Both the position numbers and the translations under genes were made by a program. Shown here one piece after another: positions 38,470 through 50,547 of a stretch of DNA of 64,000 nt. Under the pieces are notes generated by a model. The model saw only the letters and a program-made list of their open reading frames with translations, was not told where the DNA came from and searched no databases. Numbering within the stretch: position 1 is the first letter of the stretch; each line of letters begins with the position of its first letter. The DNA lies in NCBI GenBank assembly GCA_019241525.1, contig JAFAWY010000118.1, positions 47-64,046 on the forward strand, written 5' to 3'. The DNA is from Pseudonocardiales bacterium (GTDB lineage Bacteria; Actinomycetota; Actinomycetes; Mycobacteriales; Pseudonocardiaceae).

Positions 38470-38972
38470 GCGTGCTGGCCGCCATGGTGACGCTGGCTTG
38501 GGGCTGCCTGGCAGTGCTGACCCTGGCGATGGCCGGCATGCTGCGGCAGCTGCGGGAACTGCAGACCGAGGTGGTCGCCCTTCGGGCCGACCAGGGGATG
38601 AAACCCTGGCGGGCCACCGTCGGTCGCCGGATGCCGCAGCTGGCTGGCACCGGGCCCGCGGTCTTGCTGGTCCTCGACCCCGGCTGCGGCCTGTGCGACG
38701 AGGTACACCAACCGTTCACTCGCCTACCCGTCGAGTACCCGGGCATCCGCTTCGAAGTGCTGTCCCCACGCGCTCTGCGGCGGCACTGGACCGAAGCGGC
38801 CAACATCCGGTCCCGGGTCGACGCCGCGCTCGTCGCAGAACTCGACCTGCCCTGGGCGCCGGCCTTGCTGCACGTGGCCGACGACGGGACGGTGCTGGCT
38901 ACGCAGCCGGTAGCGGCGGCCCAGCAGATTTCCCAGCACGTAGCCGGCCTGATGAACACGGCGATGGTCTAG
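38466..38972 (+). CDS. membrane-anchored thioredoxin-fold protein (MauD/TlpA-like), CGLC active site
   Basis: N-terminal TM helix, then ..AVLLVLDPGCGLCDEV.. (CxxC after a beta-strand). 168 aa. Confidence 0.7.
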   Translation: MSVLAAMVTLAWGCLAVLTLAMAGMLRQLRELQTEVVALRADQGMKPWRATVGRRMPQLAGTGPAVLLVLDPGCGLCDEVHQPFTRLPVEYPGIRFEVLSPRALRRHWTEAANIRSRVDAALVAELDLPWAPALLHVADDGTVLATQPVAAAQQISQHVAGLMNTAMV

Positions 38973-38983
38973 CAAGGAGTGCG

Positions 38984-39508
38984 ATGATCCCGCCCGACAT
39001 TCCCCGACTCGACCAGTCCGGTGATCACCTGCAGCGTCGTGCGGTGCAGTTCCGGGGCGTTCCGGAACTGCACCGGCGCGGATTTCTTGCCGTCATCGGT
39101 ACCGGCGCCATGACGTTGGGGCTGACGATGCTGGGATGGATCCCCCTGGCCCGGCCTGCCAGGGCCGAGCAGGGCACGCAATATCCCAACTGCGGTCGAT
39201 ACCACTACGGGCCGAACGGCCCAATCTGTATCGGTGCGCCGTACTCCGATTCGTACTGCGACAAAGACAAGTGGTTCAAGAACGGCTGCTACGGCAACTG
39301 GAACGAGGGTCTGGACTGCTACCAGCCGCGTATGATCTGCCGCGCCGGACCCGACGCGCGCGACGCCTGGCTGTGGAAGTCCAACGATGTGATGTACCGC
39401 TGTGCAGATGGCGAGGTGCACTACAGCGGGGCACCGAACATCGAGAAGCTGGTGTGCAGCGCGACGGTATCCGAGGAAGCGACGGCCTCAGCTCCCCTGC
39501 TGCGATGA
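38984..39508 (+). CDS. Tat-exported small Cys-rich protein (8 Cys in about 125-aa mature part), unknown family
   Basis: AAGGAG SD. Twin-arginine motif HRRGFLAVIGTGAMTLGL with ARA/EQG cleavage-type site. Mature part is rich in Cys, Tyr, Trp, Asn and Gly. Confidence 0.75.
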   Translation: MIPPDIPRLDQSGDHLQRRAVQFRGVPELHRRGFLAVIGTGAMTLGLTMLGWIPLARPARAEQGTQYPNCGRYHYGPNGPICIGAPYSDSYCDKDKWFKNGCYGNWNEGLDCYQPRMICRAGPDARDAWLWKSNDVMYRCADGEVHYSGAPNIEKLVCSATVSEEATASAPLLR

Positions 39509-39675
39509 CCCATCCTCTGCGGCGGGCCGTCTGGGGTCCGGTTCGGGTAACCACTGCGATCATGGTGCTGGCCGCCGCCGTGGCGCTGATGCCGGCCGGT
39601 AGCCGGCTAGGTTGGCTGCTGGCCTGGCTGTTGCTCGGGCTGGTCGCCGGCTACGCGCTGTCCGGCTCAGCGTGA
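39505..39675 (+). CDS. small hydrophobic membrane protein (56 aa)
   Basis: ATGA overlap with the upstream stop. MTHPLRRAVWGPVRVTTAIMVLAAAVALMPAGSRLGWLLAWLLLGLVAGYALSGSA: two hydrophobic helices. Confidence 0.55.
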   Translation: MTHPLRRAVWGPVRVTTAIMVLAAAVALMPAGSRLGWLLAWLLLGLVAGYALSGSA

Positions 39676-39750
39676 AGCACCAACTCGGCATCCCTGCTGA
39701 GCTCGCCGGTCTGGCGGGATTCGTCACGCACCTACTTCACCGTTGGTCTC

Positions 39751-40239
39751 TTGACCGGGGGTGTCGCCATCAGCGCCGTCGCGGTGACACTCGGCAGCCT
39801 GGTGCGCCCGGTGCTACCACCCGCTCTGCGGGTCGGGGTGATCGTCGCGATGGGGGTGTTCATTCTGGCCGGCGAGTGCGGCTTGCACCGCGTGCTGCTG
39901 CCGCACCGGCGAGCCCAGGTGCCCTCGACAGTGATCGCGGCCGGCGGCGACGCGGGCGCGCTGCGGTTCGGTTTCGAGATGGGCAGCGGCGTGCGCACCC
40001 ACATGCCCAGCAACCTGCCCTACCTGCCGCTGGCCGCAGTGTTGCTGTTCAGCAGCTGGCCGGTTGCGCTGGCCTGCGGCCTGGGTTTCGGCCTGGGCCG
40101 GGCAGCGATGGCGTTAGGCCGCCACTACAGCGGCGACGGCACCTGGTGGGACAGCCAGTGGCACCGTCATGAGCGGGTGGTGCGGCTGACCCTGACATTC
40201 ACCGCTACCGTGCTCACCGCCGCCATCATCCTGGCCTGA
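39751..40239 (+). CDS. hypothetical integral membrane protein (162 aa from TTG; true start unclear)
   Basis: Four or five hydrophobic segments and high GC3. The hydrophobic reading frame is already open upstream of the TTG. See findings. Confidence 0.55.
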   Translation: MTGGVAISAVAVTLGSLVRPVLPPALRVGVIVAMGVFILAGECGLHRVLLPHRRAQVPSTVIAAGGDAGALRFGFEMGSGVRTHMPSNLPYLPLAAVLLFSSWPVALACGLGFGLGRAAMALGRHYSGDGTWWDSQWHRHERVVRLTLTFTATVLTAAIILA

Positions 40240-40273
40240 TCCCCTCCGATCACCCGCGCCCGCCGCTGCTTAA

Positions 40274-40338
40274 CCGCAGTCTGGATGCAGACTGCGGTTT
40301 TTAAGGCTCCCCAAACAGCAGTCTGCATCCAGACTGCG
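40274..40338. repeat. REP-like nested palindrome, full copy C
   Basis: CCGCAGTCTGGATGCAGACTGCGGTTTTT..AAACAGCAGTCTGCATCCAGACTGCG. Same arms as copy A at 8311-8376. Confidence 0.9.
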
Positions 40339-40671
40339 CCTTCGCGAGCTGCGTACCCAAACCGCGGGGCGGGCCGTTGGGCCGTGCGTCGAAGTGAAAT
40401 CCGAACGAATCGGGTAAGCGGCGCAGGGAGGCCGGAAAGCGGCATCGAGCATCGCAGCAGGTCAGCCTGCTCACCTTTCGACACGCTGTTCGTACGCAGC
40501 ACAGTATCCGCCAAGCAGGACTATCGCGCCCGACGTGCGGGTACTGCAATTCCTCGCCGAGCTGGATCAGCAGTCCACTTATAAGCTCAATGTTCTTTTC
40601 GGGCAATGCCATAAGGCTGGCGCGCACTCTATGCACCACCAAGGCAAAGCTGTTGACTTGGGCTGCCCGCT

Positions 40672-42243
40672 CGTAGCTATTCACCACCTGTCGGGCCGGG
40701 AGTGAGTGTGGATCGGTGGTGGTATGGGTGCGGCGTGTCGGCTTGATCATCGTGTGGGTGTGCTGATCATGGTGGTTTGTGTCGGAGCTGCCACCGGTGC
40801 CTGCTGGGTCGTCGGTGGGGCAGCTGTGGGCGCTGGTCTGTGAGCTTCGGCGGGATAACGCCGCGCTGCGTGAGGTAGTTGAGGCGCAGAACGCCCGGAT
40901 TACGGCGCTGGAGCGGCAGTTGGGCAAGGATTCCTCCACGTCGAGTAAGCCACCCAGTTCGGATTCGCCGTATCGCAAACCAGTGCGGCGCTCTTCGCGA
41001 AAGTCCTCGGGGCGCCGGCCGGGTAAGCAGCCCGGGGATCCGGGGACGACGATGCCGCTGGTGGATGCTCCGAGTGAGATCATCACCGGTGATCCGGGTT
41101 GCTGCGGTGGTTGTGGAGCGGACCTGGCGGGGGCACCGGTGGTGGGGGTGCAACGCCGCCAGGTCGTCGAGGTGTCCCCGCCGCCTGCGCCGCGGGTGAC
41201 CGAGTACCGGATCGTGACCCGCGTCTGCGTGGCGTGTGGCGTCCGGGCCACCGTCATTCCACCTGGGTGTCCGCCTGCCCGGGCCCAGTACGGACCCACG
41301 GTGGCCGCCCGGGCCGCGGAGCTGGTCTGCGCGCACTATCTGCCGGTGGCCCGGGCGGCACGGTTGATGCACTCGATGGTCGGGGTGGCAGTGTCGGTGG
41401 GGTTTATGGCGTCGGTGCGCGGGCGGGCCGCCCGGATGCTGGAGCCCACCTTCTTGCCCCGGGTGCGCCAGCTGTTGCGCCAGGCGGGGGTGCTGCACGT
41501 CGATGAGACACCCGCCCGCGCCGCCGGCGGCTTGGGATACGTCCACGTCGCCGCCACCGAGTATCTGACCGCCCTGCACACCGGCGGACGCAGCAAAGCT
41601 GACATCGACGCCGGGGGTGTGCTGCCCGGCTATGGCGGCACCATCGTGCGCGACGGCTACGCCGGGTATACCCACCTCGTCGACGCCCACCACGCCTGGT
41701 GCGGCGCGCACCTGCTTCGTGATCTGCGCGCCATCCACGACGCCGACCCCCATGGCCAACTATGGGCCACCGCCATGGCCACCACGCTGACCGACGCCAC
41801 CACCGCCGCAGCGGCCGCCCGCGCCGCCGGACAGACCACTTTGGATCCCCAGATCCTGGCTACCATCTGCAACCACTACCGCGGCGCGGCCACGCTGGGC
41901 ATCAGCACCAACAGCGCCCGCGCCGACCCCCTTGCCCGCGACGCTCTGGCGTTAGCGCGGCGCTTCCGCGACCACGAAGACACCATCCTGCGCTTCGTGG
42001 CCAATCTCGGTGTGCCTTTCACCAATAACCAGGCTGAAAGGGATGTCCGGCCCGTCAAAATCCAGCAACGCACCTCCGGTGGCACCTGGCGCACCCTGAC
42101 CGGACTAGCCGACTTCGCCATCGTCCAGTCCTAACCTATCCACCGCCACCAAATGGGGACTCGACACCCTTGACGTCCTCACCCAACTCTTCACCGGCCA
42201 GCCCTGGTTACCACCAGCCCCAGAACCCTGCTGAATAGCTACG
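40672..42243 (+). mobile_element. IS66-family insertion sequence (single transposase ORF), 1572 bp
   Basis: 12-bp perfect terminal inverted repeats CGTAGCTATTCA (40672-40683) and TGAATAGCTACG (42232-42243), flanked by the direct repeat CCCGCT (40666-40671 and 42244-42249). Confidence 0.75.
40779..42234 (+). pseudogene. IS66-family transposase with C-terminal +1 frameshift
   Basis: Leucine-zipper-like N-terminus, CxxC..CxxC zinc-finger region, DDE region (..LHVDETP..) and PFTNNQAERDVRPVKIQQRTSGG signature. The frame stops at TAA 42132-42134; the conserved tail LSTATKWGLDTLDVLTQLFTGQPWLPPAPEPC* continues in the next frame from 42136. Confidence 0.8.
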
Positions 42244-42521
42244 CCCGCTCAACACCACCACCCCGGATACGGTAGGAAATAAGTACGATGTCAAACGTAA
42301 TTCTGAAACGTGCGCTGCCGATCAGCATTTTCACTATTCGGCAGGAAGTCGATGACCTGAGCCGACCTCCCGGCGGCACCCAGGCGGCGGGAATGTCAGC
42401 CGGTAGACCCAGGACCAGGTCGTCACTCCCTGCGGTCAAACGGATGCCGACCGTTTCCGCGCCTCCGGATGTTTTGCGGGAGTGTTGCATCCAGGGCTAA
42501 CGTCGGGCAGGTCAATCGAAC

Positions 42522-45089
<2,568 letters not shown>

Positions 45090-45102
45090 TCCATGCTGGG
45101 AG

Positions 45103-46092
45103 TTACCCGTCTGGTGCGGGCACCGTGATGTGAGCGGGCACGGGCACGCCGAACAGCAGGGCGACCACGTCACTGACAGCCTGCACGCCACCGGCCAGCG
45201 TGCCGCCCGGATCTACCTGGTACATCACCGCAATCAGGTAGCGCTCGCCGGGGCCCGCGAAGCCGATCGTGTTGGTGACCCAGTGCTTGCCGTATGCATC
45301 GGTTTCATACGACCAGCCGTCTTTGTTTCCTGGCCGCTGCTCCGACCCGGCGGCCCAGACACCCCACTGCTGGTTAGGGGCGACCCCGCGCATGGCACTT
45401 ACCAGGTAGGCCCGGTCGGCAGCGTCGAGCTGGGCGAAAGCATAGTTCAGCAGGGCAGCCAAATCATCGGCGGTGCATTTGACGAAGCCCCAGTAGGTCT
45501 TCGCGGTGAAGCCGGGTACGAAATGCAAGCGCGTCATGCCGTACTGGTTGCGGAACCGCGCCAGCATTTCCTCGCCGCCGAACCTGGCCCACAATCGATC
45601 CGATGCCGCATTATCTGAGGAATGCAGCATGGCGGCCATGTCCCGCCGGTCCGTCGGGGTGAGCGTGATCTGGTGAGCACGTTGCCGGCGTAGCAAATCG
45701 GTGGCCATCGCGAGCTTGATCGTCGAGGCCGTCCAACCCTCGTGCTGCGTCGGCCCGACGCGCCAGGCCTTCCCGGTCTGTCGATCGGTGAACACCACAC
45801 TCAGGTAACCCTGGCCGCTGACATGGCGGCTGATGTAATCCGCGGCCGCGGTGAAACGTTGTTGTTGCGGGCAGCTCCATCCCGAGTCAGCAGGGCACTG
45901 GGGTGGCGGTGACGGCTGCGCCGCCACCAGGGGCGAGGGTGGTGCCAGCTTCTGCATCGACGGCACTGCGACCTCGCTACCGCCGGTGCTGGCAGCCTGC
46001 TGGCTCAGTGCCTTTAGCGCCGCAGGTTCCGTGACGCCGGTGCGGGCACAGCCGACCATGCTCAACGCCGCGCACGCCAGAACCGGCGCCAT
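45103..46092 (-). CDS. class A beta-lactamase-fold serine hydrolase lipoprotein
   Basis: Lipobox SMVGC. SxxK (ASTIK), SDN (HSSDNA) and KxG (NKDGW) motifs in the canonical order. Confidence 0.75.
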   Translation of the reverse strand: MAPVLACAALSMVGCARTGVTEPAALKALSQQAASTGGSEVAVPSMQKLAPPSPLVAAQPSPPPQCPADSGWSCPQQQRFTAAADYISRHVSGQGYLSVVFTDRQTGKAWRVGPTQHEGWTASTIKLAMATDLLRRQRAHQITLTPTDRRDMAAMLHSSDNAASDRLWARFGGEEMLARFRNQYGMTRLHFVPGFTAKTYWGFVKCTADDLAALLNYAFAQLDAADRAYLVSAMRGVAPNQQWGVWAAGSEQRPGNKDGWSYETDAYGKHWVTNTIGFAGPGERYLIAVMYQVDPGGTLAGGVQAVSDVVALLFGVPVPAHITVPAPDG

Positions 46093-46182
46093 GAGGAGCC
46101 GGAGACTGCACCACGGGCCTGTATTGGGTCGCGTTTCGCTGATGGCGGGACGGTACTACCCGGCAAGACTTGCGGTGCAAGG

Positions 46183-46227
46183 CACGGCGACACGACACAC
46201 CGCGCACGAGGGCACGACACGCGGGGC
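46183..46227 (-). repeat. 22-bp repeat family member 4 (2 units, minus orientation)
   Basis: CGACAC cores at 46193 and 46215 (22-bp spacing). The reverse complement reads CCCCGCGTGTCGTGCC..CGGTGTGTCGTGTCGCC. Starts 15 nt downstream of the minus-strand stop at 46242-46244. Confidence 0.7.
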
Positions 46228-46241
46228 TGGGGAGTGGAGAT

Positions 46242-46424
46242 TCACCGCGTGATGAGATTCAGTAATACCGTCAGCAAGATAGAGGCAAGGACCGAAAACA
46301 GGATCATCATCAGGCAGCCGGCCGCGCCACCGAGTGGACGGATGCTCACGCGCCGTTCCCCATCCCCTAGCGCCCGTTCGACGTTGCTCAGTTTGCTGAA
46401 TTCGGCAGCGCGACTGGTAAGCAC
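46242..46424 (-). CDS. possible small membrane protein (60 aa)
   Basis: MLTSRAAEFSKLSNVERALGDGERRVSIRPLGGAAGCLMMILFSVLASILLTVLLNLITR: polar N-terminus plus one clear TM helix. Lower-GC patch. No homology known to me. Confidence 0.35.
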   Translation of the reverse strand: MLTSRAAEFSKLSNVERALGDGERRVSIRPLGGAAGCLMMILFSVLASILLTVLLNLITR

Positions 46425-46492
46425 ACGCTCCTCTACCGACCTTACCCAGCAGGAGATGCCGCCAAGCCTAAAAAGTGAGCTTGATATCTGTA

Positions 46493-48572
<2,080 letters not shown>

Positions 48573-48575
48573 CAC

Positions 48576-48662
48576 GCTCCCTGCGCCGGCATGACCCGGA
48601 TCAGGTTCGACGGTCGGGGTCGCCATGACCCCCTCTCAGCCCAGCGGCCTGGACTCCCGTGC
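48576..48662 (-). promoter_or_regulatory. TPP (THI-box) riboswitch controlling thiO-thiS-thiG
   Basis: The minus strand reads ..GGGCTGAGAGGGGGTC..GAACCTGATCCGGGTCATGCCGGCGCAGGGAGCGTG-ATG. Confidence 0.88.
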
Positions 48663-48754
48663 GGACCACCTCCCACCGTACCTCGCCATCGCACGGCGAT
48701 GCGGGCTTATCACCGGCACAAGCATCCAAAGGCTCCCCAGCGCAGCACCCAGTC

Positions 48755-49429
48755 ATGGCTAGGGTGGCGGAGGTGGATGCAGCGGCGGTCCGGGCCCGGT
48801 TGCAGGATGCGCGGCTCTACTTATGTACGGACGCGCGCACAGCGCGAGGTGATCTGGCGGAGTTCGCCGAGGCGGCGCTGGCCGGCGGAGTGGACATCAT
48901 CCAGCTGCGCGACAAGAGCTTAGAAGCGCGTCCTGAGCTTGCCGCTCTCGAGGTACTCGCCGACACCTGCCGGCGCCACGGTGCATTGCTGGCGGTCAAC
49001 GATCGCGCCGACGTGGCACTGGCCGCGGGCGCGCAGGTACTGCACCTCGGCCAGGACGACCTCCCGGTCAGCTGGGCGCGCCGGATAGTCGGCGACAAGG
49101 TCATGGTCGGCCGTTCGACGCATGAGCCGGCGCAAGCTGCCGCCGCCGCGTGCGAAGCTGGGGTGGACTATTTCTGCGCCGGCCCCTGCTGGCCCACCCC
49201 CACCAAGCCGGGCCGGCCCGCCGCTGGCCTGGAGCTGATCCGCAGCACCGCTGCCGCACAGCCAGCGCGGCCGTGGTTCGCCATCGGTGGCATCGAAAAT
49301 GTGCAACGGCTGGAAGACGTGCTGCACGCCGGCGCAGAGCGTGTCGTTGTGGTCCGTGCGATCACCGAGGCCACCGATGCTCAGGGGGTGGCCGCCGCAT
49401 TCGCACAGCGGCTGCGATCTTCGCGCTAG
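48755..49429 (+). CDS. thiE: thiamine-phosphate synthase ThiE
   Basis: ..[35 protein letters not shown].. and ..[11 protein letters not shown]... ATG 48755 gives 224 aa. Confidence 0.93.
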   Translation: MARVAEVDAAAVRARLQDARLYLCTDARTARGDLAEFAEAALAGGVDIIQLRDKSLEARPELAALEVLADTCRRHGALLAVNDRADVALAAGAQVLHLGQDDLPVSWARRIVGDKVMVGRSTHEPAQAAAAACEAGVDYFCAGPCWPTPTKPGRPAAGLELIRSTAAAQPARPWFAIGGIENVQRLEDVLHAGAERVVVVRAITEATDAQGVAAAFAQRLRSSR

Positions 49430-49502
49430 CGCTCGTCCGCATCAATGGTCCTCACGCTAGCGCTCGTCCGCATCAATGGTCCTCGCGCTAGCGCTCGTCC
49501 GC
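49424..49502. repeat. 31-bp tandem repeat (2 full units + 17 nt)
   Basis: CGCTAGCGCTCGTCCGCATCAATGGTCCTC(A/G) at 49424-49454 and 49455-49485, with a partial unit at 49486-49502. Units contain the stop codons of both convergent genes. Confidence 0.9.
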
Positions 49503-50390
49503 TGCCCCCCGACCGGTCACGAGGGTCAGCCCGTACGCCGTCAGCACTTCCTGGATCGGCTGGAAGTAGGACTCACCGCCGAGCAAGCAGCCGCCGGTGC
49601 CACCAGACAGCGTGCCCTGGGCCTGGCTGCCGCTGATGAACGAGCCCCCGGAGTCACCTGCCTCGGCGCACACATTGGTCTTGATGAGCCCACGGACGAC
49701 TTCACCATCGCCGTAGTTGACGGTCTCCCCGACGGTCTGCACGTAGCCGCAGTGGAAACCGGTGGTAGATCCGGACAGGCACACCCGGTCCCCCACCTTT
49801 GCCGGTGCACTGCCCGCCACGGTGACGTACCCGCTGTCGGCGTCGACATCGTGGGTCTGGTCCCAACTCGCTGATGCCACTTCGACCAACCCGTAGTCGT
49901 GGCCGGGGAACGACGACTTGGCGACCGGGCCGATGGGCTGGCCGTCCGGCCCCGACCAGGTACCACCGAGCTTTGTGCAGTGTCCAGCAGTGATCACGTA
50001 GCGGGTGCGACCGGAGATGGCATTGAAACCCACTGAACAGCGCCCGCCCTCGCTGGTCGTGATCGTGTCGCCGCCATGGAGATCAGCCAGCAGCCTCGGG
50101 CGCGTGCTGACGTGTTGGATCCGCACTGCACGCGCACCGGCGGCAAAAGCGCCTGCAGCGTTGTCGTCAGTGGCCGACACCACGACAGAGTGGGTGGCCG
50201 GATCGACGTACCAGCTCGTCACCGAATCGGGGACCTGATCCGATCGGGAATCCAACACCGCCATCACGGAATGCAACATCAAGAGGTCCGGCACTGCGGG
50301 TGCAGCGGACGCGGGCTGGGCGAGTAGTAAGCTCAGCGCACAGCCAAGAAGGGCAGCAAGGAGCGCACGGCGGCGGCTTCCGGGGAGCAC
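49488..50390 (-). CDS. secreted S1 (chymotrypsin-fold, streptogrisin/alpha-lytic type) serine protease
   Basis: Signal peptide ..LLLAQPASAAPA; His in TAGHC, Asp in DYGLV, Ser in GDSGGS. Confidence 0.85.
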   Translation of the reverse strand: MLPGSRRRALLAALLGCALSLLLAQPASAAPAVPDLLMLHSVMAVLDSRSDQVPDSVTSWYVDPATHSVVVSATDDNAAGAFAAGARAVRIQHVSTRPRLLADLHGGDTITTSEGGRCSVGFNAISGRTRYVITAGHCTKLGGTWSGPDGQPIGPVAKSSFPGHDYGLVEVASASWDQTHDVDADSGYVTVAGSAPAKVGDRVCLSGSTTGFHCGYVQTVGETVNYGDGEVVRGLIKTNVCAEAGDSGGSFISGSQAQGTLSGGTGGCLLGGESYFQPIQEVLTAYGLTLVTGRGAADER

Positions 50391-50547
50391 GAGTCGATTC
50401 CTCTCGTTCTAAAAGTGGATCCCCATCAGTCCCCGACGGCGACTCAACGCTACGGAACAGTTACGCTGCGGTGAAGACACCAATCGGTGGGATCGAGTAG
50501 CCCATACGGGCAGTACTTACCTCACTACGCGTAGTGCACGGACGCGG

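Noticed and set aside
39612-40172. 186-aa plus-strand ORF in frame 0 over the last operon gene
   Set aside because: Beyond its first 20 or so codons the product is Arg/Gly/Pro-rich nonsense. Frame 1 gives a coherent polytopic membrane protein.
40414-40420. GTAAGCG, the classical IS66 terminal motif, 260 bp left of the proposed IS end
   Set aside because: No matching CGCTTAC or extended inverted repeat exists on the right side. The 12-bp perfect repeats with flanking CCCGCT duplications give a better-supported boundary.
40301-41759. 332-aa and 330-aa minus-strand ORFs across the IS66 element
   Set aside because: Both are antisense to a transposase with clear family signatures. Only the portion outside the IS (40301-40671) is kept as a possible remnant; see findings.
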